DNA of 64,000 nt from positions 4,896,001 through 4,960,000 of the forward strand of contig OY969763.1 of assembly GCA_963702845.1 (NCBI GenBank), in the 5' to 3' direction. The position numbers and the translations under genes were made by a program. Under the pieces are notes generated by a model, which did no database searches, was not told the DNA's origin, and worked only from the letters and a program-made list of their open reading frames with translations. Source of the DNA: an uncultured Verrucomicrobiae bacterium. Its GTDB lineage: Bacteria; Verrucomicrobiota; Verrucomicrobiia; Limisphaerales; Palsa-1400. Positions within the stretch are counted from its first letter, which is position 1. Each line of letters opens with the position of its first letter. Positions 46,262 through 56,075 of the stretch are shown here, in pieces.

Positions 46262-47226
46262 ATGAGCGACAAAACCAATCATTGGAATTTCAGGGACCGT
46301 GGGCCGGAATGGGTTTTATTGTCGTCATGGCTGCTCTCATACTGGCATCAGCTATTTTGTTCCGTCGTCGCACGGCTTCTGAAAAGGCAATACCGGTTGA
46401 TCGTTTACACTTCCCAAGACCAGGAATATGCAGAACCCATTTTCAACAACTTCACCAAACAACCCGCATCAGAGTCCGCCCCGTTTACGACAACGAAGCT
46501 GCAAAAACAGTTGGTCTCGTCAATCGCCTCATCGCCGAGAATAACAATCCGCAGTGCGACGTGTTCTGGAACAACGAAGAACTGCGCACGCGCCAACTTG
46601 CTCGCGAAGGCATCGTTAACAGCAATTGGGTTGCGTTCGGGTTCCGCACTCGGCGACTCGTGGTAAACACCAATGTGCTTTCGTTGACGCGCGCGCCGCA
46701 GGGTGTGCTCGCGCTGACGAATAAGGAATTCTTCGGCAAAGTGGCGCTCGCGTATCCGCTGTTCGGCACAACGTCTGCGCACTTCCTTGCTTTGCGCCAG
46801 CACCTTGGCCAATCCGGCTGGGAGAATTGGTGCCGGGCTTTGGCTTCTAATAAGCCGTTTGTGGTCGATGGGAACTCCGTTGTCGTAAAGCTTGTCGGCA
46901 GAGGCGAAGCAACGGTCGGGCTCACCGATTCCGATGACGTGCTAGCCGGGCAACACGATGGGTTACCTGTCGATTCTGTTCTGCTGCGCAACGATGGTTT
47001 TATCATTCGCAACACCGCCGCGATCGTGTCGAATGCGAGGCACGCAAAAACAGCCGAACAACTGCTGGAGTATCTTCAGTCGCAGCCGGTGATTGTCGCG
47101 CTGAAAAAGGCTGGAGCAATTGAACCGAAACGATGCCGCTACTCAAACCGTCAGTGAATTGGGACGAACTGCTCGCAAACCAAAACGCGAAACCTCGAAT
47201 TCCTGAAAGGGTTGTTCCTGCGATGA
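46262..47226 (+). CDS. ABC transporter substrate-binding protein (Fe3+/AfuA-FutA-like), several frameshifts
   Basis: IVYTSQDQEYAEPI, YDNEAAKTVGLVNRL..E..NP.CDVFW, A.PLFGTT and GLTDSDD motifs across frames. Confidence 0.8.
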
Positions 47227-49609
47227 ACTGGGTTTTGGTTTGGAACAGTTTGTTGGTGGCAGGGAGCGCAACGCTGGTTGCGGTCGGGTTCGGATTTTTC
47301 ACAGCGCTTTGGCGACTGGATCGAAAAGACTTCACGTCGCATCGTGATACTCCTCGCCATCGTCGCGCTCGCGTTGCCACCGTTTCTGGTGACGAATTGT
47401 TGGATCGAACTGCTCGGCCAGACCGGCGTTTGGCGCAACGCTCTGCATCTCGAAATCTATGGCCTCGGCGGGACGATTTGGATTCTCACATTGTTGCTCT
47501 GGCCAATTCCATTTCTTTTCCTCACTGCGGCTTGGAATCGAATCGAACGAACGCATCTCGAAGCTGATTCGATGCTCGCCGGCGGTTCGCTTGTGCGTTG
47601 GCTGCTGTTACCAATTGCGCGAAGCGCAGTCGTTCAGTCCGCAGTCGTCACATTTGTGCTCGCGCTAAACAATTTCGCCGTTCCGGCGATTTTGCAGGTG
47701 AAAGTTTTCCCTGCCGAAACGTGGCTCAGTTTCAACACGAAGTTTGATTACGGCGAAGCGCTTCGACTCGGCTGGCCAATGATTCTGTGCCCGCTACTTC
47801 TTTTGATTGCGTTCCGCCGCAGCGACGTTTCATTCGGCTGGAAATCGCAAGGAGCCGGCGGGGCACTGTTTCGACGTTCGCTCGGGCAAAATCTGTTTTG
47901 GCTGGCGGCGGGTCGCTGCTTTGTTTGTCATCTTTCTCTCAATTGCCATTCCGGTGGCGCAACTGACCGGAAGCGTGCGCACGTGGCGCGAATTCTTGCC
48001 GGCGCTCGCTGCCGGACAATCTGCGGTCACGTATTCGCTCCTGTTTGCCGGATGCACAGCCACTGCGGTTCTGCTGTTTGCATTGCTAACGTGGCGCGCG
48101 AGACTGCACGAACTTTTGTGGATTCCGTTTTTCATTCCCGGGGTGCTGCTCGGAATCGCGATAATCTGGATTTTTAATCGTCCAAGCATTGCCGCGATTT
48201 ATCAGAGCATGATGATCGTCGTCGTCGCTTACGCGATTCGCTACGCAGGGTTTGGTTGGAGCACTGTTTCGAACACATTGCGCGCTGCTGATCGCAATCT
48301 TACCGACGCCGCGCAAATCGAAGGGGCGAATCGCTGGCAAACATTTCGCTTTGCTCTCTGGCCACAGATTTCAACCCAGGCCGCCGCCGCTTGGTATGTC
48401 ACTTACCTGCTCTGCCTTTGGGATGTTGAAACGCTTGTCCTCATTGTGCCGCCCGGTGAGGAAAATCTTTCGCTGCGGATTTTCAACCTGCTGCATTACG
48501 GACACAACGCGCAGGTCAACGCGCTCTGCCTCGTTCTGCTCGCGCTCGCTGTTCTGCCGCTGATTATTTGGAGTTTCAAATCGCGCATTTCAAAGTTCGT
48601 CTCGATTGCGGCGATTGTCGCGACCGGCTGCTCGGTTCAACAATCCAACCACGTTCCCATCGAAAGCAAACTCTTCGAATCCGTCCAGGTCATCGGCACA
48701 CGCGGCACCGCGCTTGGCCAGTTTAACAAACCTCGTTCAGTCGCTATCGACTTAAACGACAATCTTTACGTCGTCGACATGACCGCGCGTGTGCAAAAGT
48801 TTTCGCCAGATGGAAAATTTCTGACGAGTTGGCAACTGACCCAAACCGATAAAGGCAAACCCAAGGGCATGGACCGCGACAAAAACGGCAACATCATTTT
48901 GGTCGAACCGCATTACACGCGCGTCAACCACTTCTCGCCCGACGGCAAACTCGTTTCGCAATGGGGCAAAAAAGGAACGAACGCTGGTGAACTCGCTTTC
49001 CCACGTTCGGTCGCTGTGAATTCACGCGGCAATTTGTATATCACCGAATACAGCCTTGTTGAGCGCGTGCAAATTTTCTCGCCGGACGGCAGCAAACTCA
49101 TCGGGATCTTCGGCAAAGACGGCAGTGGTCCCGGCGAATTCAGTCGCGCCGAAGGAATCGGCATTGATTCGCAAAACCGCGTCTACGTCGCCGATTCGTG
49201 CAATCACCGGATTCAGATTTTTTCTGCCGATGGCAAATTTATCCGTACCTATGGCAGAGCCGGCAGCATCCTCGGTGAACTGAGTTATCCCTACGACGTT
49301 CGCATCGACAAACAAGGATTGCAATTCGTCTGTGAATTTGGCAATAGTCGCATCCAAATTTTCGACATAAATGATAAGCCCGTGGAAACGCTCGGCAAAC
49401 CGGGCGGCGGTCCAGGTGAACTGAGCAACCCTTGGAGTATTGCGCTGGATTCGAAAGGCAATCTTTACGTTGCCGATTCGCAGAATCATCGGGTCCAAAA
49501 GTTTATCCGGAAGAAAACTTTAACCGCCAAGACACAAAGACACCAAGGAGATCGAAATGATTCTCCCCCTTGGTGTCTTGGCGCCTTGGGGGTTCACACA
49601 AAACAATGA
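47223..49609 (+). CDS. ABC (FbpB-like) permease fused to an NHL-repeat beta-propeller; frameshifts near 47290 and 47910
   Basis: Two permease repeats (LEAD..LAG; L.DAA.IEGA.RWQTF) followed in frame by about 6 NHL repeats (FNKPRSVAID, VYVADSCNHRIQIF). Confidence 0.85.
49521..49596. repeat. REP-like inverted repeat inside the 3' end of the permease-NHL gene
   Basis: aaccgccaagacacaaagacaccaag...cttggtgtcttggcgccttgggggtt. Confidence 0.65.
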
Positions 49610-52479
49610 TGTTCCAATTCACCCATCCACTTTGGCTGCTGGCGCTCCCGGTTGCGCTGCCCGTTGTGCTTTGGCTGGGTTGGAAATCGGACATGCAAAT
49701 TGGCGCGTGGCGGCATCGGACGGCGCTCGCGTTGCGCACGATCATCGTCGCGTTCGTCATCTTTGCGCTGGCCGGGTTGCAGTGGAAAAAGCCGCTCGAA
49801 GGCATGAACGTTTTCTATTTGCTCGATCGTTCGCAGAGCATTCCCGCACAGCAACTCGAACAAGCGCGCGCGATGGTGAACGCGCTGAGCAAAAATAAAA
49901 AGGCTGTCGACAAAGCGGGGGTGCTCGTGTTCGGCGCAGATGCGGCGATTGAATCTTCACCCGCGCTGCAGATTGATTTGCGCGAAGTCCAGGCGGTCAT
50001 CGGCAATGAACGCACGGATATCGGTGCTGCTATTCGACTCGGCACGGCCGCGTTTCCTGAAAACGGGCAACGCCGCTTGGTCCTCGTCTCCGATGGAAAC
50101 GAAAACATCGGCGACTCCATGGCGGCGATTTCCGCGGCGTTGCCGCTCGGGGTTTCGCTCGACGTCATTCCGATTGGGGCGACGCGGGGCAACGATGTTT
50201 CGATTCGCAAACTCGGCATCCCAGCCAGCGCCAAAAAAGGGCAGCCGTTTGATGTCAAAATTTTTGCTCAAGCCGACCGCGACCAACGCGCCACCATCCG
50301 GCTCATCCGCAATGAACAAGTCTTAGGCGAACAAAAAGTAGACCTGACGGCTGGTAAAAATCTTTTCACCTTCCCGCAAACTTTGAACGAACCGGGCTTC
50401 TACAGTTACCGCGTCGAGATCGATGCGCCGGGTGACACCCTCCCGCAAAACAATCGTGCCACGGCGTTCACCAGCGTCCGCGGCAACCCACGCGTGCTCG
50501 TCATCTCCAGTGCACCACAACAAGACGCTGACCTCGTGGCTGCGCTCAAGACCGGCGAACTCGAAATCAAAGTCTCGGACAAGTGCCCCAACAATCTCGC
50601 TGAGATGCAAAGTTACGACGCGATTTTCCTCAGCAACATGGGGGCGGGCGATATTGGCCGCGACTCGATGCAACTGCTCGAGAGCGCCGTGCGCGATTTC
50701 GGTGTGGGATTAATTTGCGTCGGCGGCGATCAGGCTTACGCCGCGGGCGGTTATCGAGGCACTCCACTCGAAGCCGCGCTGCCGGTGGACATGGAACTCA
50801 ACAGCAAAAAAGTTCTGCCCAGCGGTGCGATGGCCATTGTTTGTCACGCCACCGAATTTCCAAACGGTAACCAGTGGGCTCGCGATATTGCCTTCGCTGC
50901 ACTGGAAGCGCTCGGGCCACAGGATGAAATGGGAATCGTTTTGTGGGATGGCACGACTCATTGGCTGTTCGAGCTCAGCAAGGTCGGCGATAAAAAACAA
51001 ATGGGCCGGGAAATTGCCGGGATGAATCCCGGTGACATGGGCGATTTCCAGGCGCCAATGGAACAGGCCTATGCCGCGCTGAAAAAATCTACTGCCAATC
51101 TCAAACACATGGTCGTTTTCAGTGACGGGGATCCCGGCGGGCCGACTGATGCCCTTCTTCAAGACATTGTCAAAGATCGCATCACGATCAGCACGGTCAT
51201 GATTGGCGGTCACACCGCCCCGGACAAAATGGCCAAGATGGCGGACATCGGCCATGGCCAATTCTGGCCGGTCGATTCACCAGAAGACCTACCGCAAATT
51301 TTCATCAAGGAAGCCGCGATCATTTTGAAGTCGGCGATTTTCGAAGAGCCTTTCAAGCCGAAGATGCAACTCGTCAGCGAAACGGTGAAGGGCATCGGTG
51401 CCGACGAGTTTCCGCAATTGCGCGGTTACGTGTGCACGACGCCAAAAGGCCGCGCCGAAGTCCCGCTCGTCACGCACAAAGGCGACCCACTTTTGGCGCA
51501 GTGGCAATACGGCTTGGGCCGCGCCGTCGCTTTTACATCTGACGCCAAAGCCCGCTGGGCCAAAGATTGGCTCGCATGGGATAAATACCGTCAGTTCTGG
51601 TTGCAAATCGCGCAATGGAGTTTGCGGCGTGTCGAAGCCAGTGATTTCACAACCGAAGTTTCCGTCGACAAAGGTCAAGGGCACCTCACGGTTGAAGCCG
51701 TCGACGCAAAAGGCAACTACCGCAATTTCCTGAATCTTCAGGCGATGGTCGTCAGTCCCAAAGGCGATAAACAACTCACCCATCTCGAACAAACCGGCCC
51801 CGGCCATTACGAAGTAAAATTTCCGACGAAACAAGTCGGCTCATATTTGATGAACCTGACCGAAGGTCGCGGCGAAGATTCGCGCGGCCAAACCATCGGC
51901 CTCAGCGTCAACTACTCACCCGAATACGACGACGTGGAACCAAACTTAAACCTGTTACGCCGTCTCGCCGAAGCATCCGGCGGCAAAGTGCTCGATCCAC
52001 TCCTCGACAACCCATTCCTGCACGACCGCAAAAAAACGTTCCAACCGCAGGATCTCTGGGAGTGGCTCCTGAAATTCTCAATCATCCTGTTCGTTGTCGA
52101 CATCGCCATCCGCCGCATCCAACTCGATCAGGAGCAATGGCAACGCGTCACCGTCGCCATCCGTCGCTATGTTTTCTTCTGGAAAGGCGCGCCACGTCCG
52201 GCGCAGGCCGATGAATCTCTAGCGGCTCTGCTTAACCGACGCGATCACGTCCGCTCACAACGTCCCACGACGATTGCCACCCCTGCCCCAGACTTGTTCA
52301 CGCCACAAAATACTCCGGAACCAATCCAAACCGCACCTGTTGAAGAGCCCGCGCCGGAGACGCTTTCTGTTCCAAATCAGCCAGAACAATCGCCAGCGCC
52401 ACAGAAACCAGCGGAGTCAACAACCAGCCGGTTGCTCGACGCGAAACGTCGCGCCCGCGAACGCAACGAAGGAAAATAG
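49606..52479 (+). CDS. vWA-domain / glutamine-amidotransferase-like membrane protein
   Basis: FTHP..LL N-terminus; MIDAS LLDRSQSI; LVSDGNEN; GGDQAYAAGGYRGTPLE.ALPVDM; second degenerate vWA (FSDG); GDPLLAQWQYGLGRAVAFTSD. Confidence 0.85.
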   Translation: MMFQFTHPLWLLALPVALPVVLWLGWKSDMQIGAWRHRTALALRTIIVAFVIFALAGLQWKKPLEGMNVFYLLDRSQSIPAQQLEQARAMVNALSKNKKAVDKAGVLVFGADAAIESSPALQIDLREVQAVIGNERTDIGAAIRLGTAAFPENGQRRLVLVSDGNENIGDSMAAISAALPLGVSLDVIPIGATRGNDVSIRKLGIPASAKKGQPFDVKIFAQADRDQRATIRLIRNEQVLGEQKVDLTAGKNLFTFPQTLNEPGFYSYRVEIDAPGDTLPQNNRATAFTSVRGNPRVLVISSAPQQDADLVAALKTGELEIKVSDKCPNNLAEMQSYDAIFLSNMGAGDIGRDSMQLLESAVRDFGVGLICVGGDQAYAAGGYRGTPLEAALPVDMELNSKKVLPSGAMAIVCHATEFPNGNQWARDIAFAALEALGPQDEMGIVLWDGTTHWLFELSKVGDKKQMGREIAGMNPGDMGDFQAPMEQAYAALKKSTANLKHMVVFSDGDPGGPTDALLQDIVKDRITISTVMIGGHTAPDKMAKMADIGHGQFWPVDSPEDLPQIFIKEAAIILKSAIFEEPFKPKMQLVSETVKGIGADEFPQLRGYVCTTPKGRAEVPLVTHKGDPLLAQWQYGLGRAVAFTSDAKARWAKDWLAWDKYRQFWLQIAQWSLRRVEASDFTTEVSVDKGQGHLTVEAVDAKGNYRNFLNLQAMVVSPKGDKQLTHLEQTGPGHYEVKFPTKQVGSYLMNLTEGRGEDSRGQTIGLSVNYSPEYDDVEPNLNLLRRLAEASGGKVLDPLLDNPFLHDRKKTFQPQDLWEWLLKFSIILFVVDIAIRRIQLDQEQWQRVTVAIRRYVFFWKGAPRPAQADESLAALLNRRDHVRSQRPTTIATPAPDLFTPQNTPEPIQTAPVEEPAPETLSVPNQPEQSPAPQKPAESTTSRLLDAKRRARERNEGK

Positions 52480-52565
52480 TAGAAATCAGGGAATGGGAAT
52501 TGCGATGGTACGCAGTTCTTCCGTTCCATTAGAAGGTGCGCAAATAATGCGCGCTTCGGCGTGGA

Positions 52566-52913
52566 TTACTGCGCTTGCGGAGATTCGGAATCTTCTTCCG
52601 TTTCTGGCGCACTGGCTTGGATCTGATCGGGAGACAGCTTGAGCACTGCCTCGCGCATTTCCTTGCCAGGTTTGAATTTCACCACCGCGCGTTGCGGGAT
52701 GGGAACATCGGTTTCAGGCCGGTTGGGGTTGCGTCCAATGCGCGCCTTGCGCACTTTGACTTCGAAGACGCCGAAGTTGCGCAGTTCCACTGTCTTACCC
52801 TGAGCCACGGCCTCAGAAATGTAATCAAGGGTCTTCTGCACCACATCGAGGACTTGTTGTTGAACAAGTCCTGTCTCTTCACTAATCCGGACTACCAGGT
52901 CGCGTTTTGTCAT
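52566..52913 (-). CDS. HU/IHF-family DNA-binding protein
   Basis: MTKRDLV, VELRNFGVFEV..RKARIGRNP and VVKFKPGK. Confidence 0.95.
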   Translation of the reverse strand: MTKRDLVVRISEETGLVQQQVLDVVQKTLDYISEAVAQGKTVELRNFGVFEVKVRKARIGRNPNRPETDVPIPQRAVVKFKPGKEMREAVLKLSPDQIQASAPETEEDSESPQAQ

Positions 52914-53022
52914 AGGCTTTTGCTCTTCTTGCAGTTGCCAATGGTTGCTTGAAGGGTCGGTTTACAGATGCTGTATAGTAATGTGTTACAACGGTCAAGC
53001 AGCGATTCTAATGACAATGCGG

Positions 53023-54234
53023 TCATTTTATTTGACTGTCCAAATATCCACCACCAAGAAACGATGCGGAAACTTGTCTGCTATATAATACAGCAGCTGC
53101 CGAATCTGCCATTTTACCTCGGAAAGGCACGGCAATGATATCGGCAAAAGAGCCCGGTCGGAGCTCCCCCGCTTCTCCGTCTAACCCCAGCGCGCGCGCT
53201 CCATTTTGGGTCGCCATGCGCAAAATTTGCACAGGAAAAACTTTCGGGTAAATGCGGGCGAACTGTTGCATTTCCGCAAACATATTTAGCCGAAGTTTCG
53301 TGCTCGCCATACTGTCTGTGCCCAAACAAATGTTCACACCAGCGCGCGCAAGCTGTTGATACGGAAAACGGCGATGACCGAAATACGCGTGACTGCCAGG
53401 ACAATGAACAACACTCGCGCCAGACTTCGCCAAAAGGTGCACGTCATCAGTCGTCAGATAGTTCGCATGCACCGCCAGAAACTTCGAAGTCAATAAACCC
53501 GCACGATGCACTGCCGCAAGCGGCGTCGCGCCGCCACAATCTGACATGTCGCGAAACTTCGACAACCATTCAAACAACTCGCCCTTTCTATCGCGATACA
53601 TCTGCAGCTCGTCTTCCGACTCAGCGACATGCATGGTGACGCGCACTTTCTTTGATCGTCCCGCCGTAAGCTTGAGTAATTGCGGAACAGTCGAATACAG
53701 CGCGTGCGGAGAAAGACCGGTGTAGTCTTTCGATGATTTGAGCTTCGTGATCTTCGCGATCGCGTCGCCGACTATCTGTTTCGGCGCCTGCCCGCTCGCC
53801 ACGCCCGTCATTTCCAGAAATGAGCAAATCCGCAACCGCGTCTGTCGCCACGCCCATGGCAACAGCTCTGACGCTGCCTCAACATCGCCCACCGTGGTCG
53901 TGCCCGTGTCTTCCAACATCCTCGCGCCGACCATCCATGATTTCCGATAATTATCAACGCTCCACTCATTCTTGCGGCGAATGATTTCGCGCACCCAGTC
54001 GGTGAAAGATTTTCCGCCGCGCCGAATTGCCAGATTCGTGTAATCCAAGTGACAATGGGCGTTCACCAGACCGGGTAGCAGAACAACCTCTCCCAAATCA
54101 GAAACTTTCTTACGCGTTGCTTTAAATTCCGACCACTTCCCAACGCGCACGATGCGGGTTCCCTTCACCCAAACCGCGCCATCCTCAATGGCCGGACTGG
54201 AGATCGGCATTACGATGCGCGCGCGTAAAATCAC
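53023..54234 (-). CDS. Metal-dependent amidohydrolase (TRZ/ATZ / deaminase family)
   Basis: PGLVNAHCHL, SPHALYS, HVAES, VHCPGS, LGTDS and G..ADII. Confidence 0.88.
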   Translation of the reverse strand: MILRARIVMPISSPAIEDGAVWVKGTRIVRVGKWSEFKATRKKVSDLGEVVLLPGLVNAHCHLDYTNLAIRRGGKSFTDWVREIIRRKNEWSVDNYRKSWMVGARMLEDTGTTTVGDVEAASELLPWAWRQTRLRICSFLEMTGVASGQAPKQIVGDAIAKITKLKSSKDYTGLSPHALYSTVPQLLKLTAGRSKKVRVTMHVAESEDELQMYRDRKGELFEWLSKFRDMSDCGGATPLAAVHRAGLLTSKFLAVHANYLTTDDVHLLAKSGASVVHCPGSHAYFGHRRFPYQQLARAGVNICLGTDSMASTKLRLNMFAEMQQFARIYPKVFPVQILRMATQNGARALGLDGEAGELRPGSFADIIAVPFRGKMADSAAAVLYSRQVSASFLGGGYLDSQIK

Positions 54235-54399
54235 GAGCCGATGCTAATCGGGAGAAACTTCGACGCGAACTATTTTGTGGTGCCGCTATGGGCTTTTCGC
54301 CCGATGCGTAACATGGCCTTGCGCTGATAGCTGTAAACTGAAGGATGCGCGTGGCAGGAATCGTGGTTGTGTTGTAAGATATCACAAGGAGTTTGGGGT

Positions 54400-55449
54400 A
54401 TGAAAAAATCGCGGGCTGAATCGCGGATTGATTGGGGAACACCGTTATTGATGGTTGGGCTCGGCATGGGGGCCATTGCCGCTGCTTCCTTGTGGCGCAA
54501 CCGTTATTCATTTTTCGATCGCACCGTTGTCATCACCGGCGGTTCACGCGGCCTCGGCCTGGTGCTGGCGCGCAAATTCGCACGTGAAGGCGCGAAGCTC
54601 GCTTTGCTCGCGCGCAACAAAATCGAGCTGATCGAAGCGGAGAACGAATTGCACAGCCGCGGCGCGCGCGTGTTTACGTTGGCGTGCAACGTCAAAGACC
54701 AGGACCAGGTCGCCGAAGCGATTGCACGCGTACGCGAGCACTACGGCCACATTGATGTGCTGATCAACAACGCCGGGATCATCCAAGTCGGCCCCCTTGA
54801 CCAAATGACAATTCAGGATTTTGAGGACGCGATGGATATCCACTTTTGGGGTCCGGTTTATACAACGATGGCTGCACTGCCGTGGCTGCGTTTGGTCAAC
54901 GGCGCTCGAATCGTGAACATCGCCTCCATCGGCGGAAAAATCGCTGTGCCGCACATGGCGCCTTACACCGCGAGCAAGTTCGCGATGGTCGGATTTTCAG
55001 ACGCATGTCGCGCGGAGCTTCGGAAAGAAAATATTATGGTTACGACCGTGTGCCCGTGCCCGTTGCGCACCGGTTCGCCACCGCACGCTCTCTATAAGGG
55101 TAATCACAAAAAAGAATACTCGTGGTTCCACGTCCTCGACTCACTTCCATTTGTGTCGATGAACGCCGAGCGTGCGGCGCGAAAAATCGTGATGGCCTGC
55201 CGGCAAGGTTCGGCGCGGTTGGTTTTGGGTGTGCATGCCAAAGCGGCGGCTGCGGCCAATGAACTCATGCCAGGCGTGAGCGCTAGCATCAGTTCCCTGA
55301 TAAATCGAGTGTTGCCGAACGCTCCGGAATTCGGAGGCAAACAATTGCATACCGGATGGGAAAGCGAAACAGCGTGGACACGTTCGTTCTTAACGCATTT
55401 AAGTTATCGCGCAGCAGTCGAGAACAACGAGTGCCATCATCATCATTAA
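54400..55449 (+). CDS. SDR family oxidoreductase
   Basis: ITGGSRGLG, LINNAG and YTASK; N-terminal TM; start at ATG 54400. Confidence 0.92.
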   Translation: MKKSRAESRIDWGTPLLMVGLGMGAIAAASLWRNRYSFFDRTVVITGGSRGLGLVLARKFAREGAKLALLARNKIELIEAENELHSRGARVFTLACNVKDQDQVAEAIARVREHYGHIDVLINNAGIIQVGPLDQMTIQDFEDAMDIHFWGPVYTTMAALPWLRLVNGARIVNIASIGGKIAVPHMAPYTASKFAMVGFSDACRAELRKENIMVTTVCPCPLRTGSPPHALYKGNHKKEYSWFHVLDSLPFVSMNAERAARKIVMACRQGSARLVLGVHAKAAAAANELMPGVSASISSLINRVLPNAPEFGGKQLHTGWESETAWTRSFLTHLSYRAAVENNECHHHH

Positions 55450-55471
55450 TCCCGGTAGCAGGCTGCTACAA

Positions 55472-56044
55472 TTAAAGATACATACCGGAGGTTTTTATCG
55501 CCTCCTCTACAACAGGCGAGACGAGGTTGCGGATGGGTAAACCTTTTTTCACACGTTCGCGAATTTCGGAAGAGGAAACGGCCAACGGAAATCCGCGCAG
55601 TGTTTTGCCATGGAACGGAGCGGGCAAATCCATCGGCTGCTGACCCGGACGCGGGATCACAACAAACTCCGTCAGCTTTGCCAGTTCGTTTGCTTCGCGC
55701 CACTTCGGCAACGTTGCGACGTTATCGGCGCCAATCAAATAGAACAGAGTAGCGTTCGGGAACCGCTGCAAATAATCCCGCACCGTATCGATGGAATAGG
55801 AAACACCGCCACGACGAATTTCCTGGTCATCGATCTCGGCCCACGCGCAACCCTGCAAGGCTAAGCGCAATAGACGCAATCGGTCATTAGCCGGTGAAGC
55901 ATGGCTCTGCGGTTTGAATGGCGAGTGCGCGGCGGGAATGAAGAAGATACGGTCAAGCTCGAGCTCTTCCCGGGCAGCTTGCGCGACGAGCAAATGCCCG
56001 AGATGCACCGGATCGAACGACCCGCCAAAAAGACCAATGTTCAT
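55472..56044 (-). CDS. nadD: Nicotinate-nucleotide adenylyltransferase
   Basis: GLFGGSFDPVHLGH, SYSIDT, LIGAD...W and VSSSEIR. Confidence 0.96.
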   Translation of the reverse strand: MNIGLFGGSFDPVHLGHLLVAQAAREELELDRIFFIPAAHSPFKPQSHASPANDRLRLLRLALQGCAWAEIDDQEIRRGGVSYSIDTVRDYLQRFPNATLFYLIGADNVATLPKWREANELAKLTEFVVIPRPGQQPMDLPAPFHGKTLRGFPLAVSSSEIRERVKKGLPIRNLVSPVVEEAIKTSGMYL

Positions 56045-56075
56045 TTCTTTACGACCTTTGCGGTTAAATCAAAAA

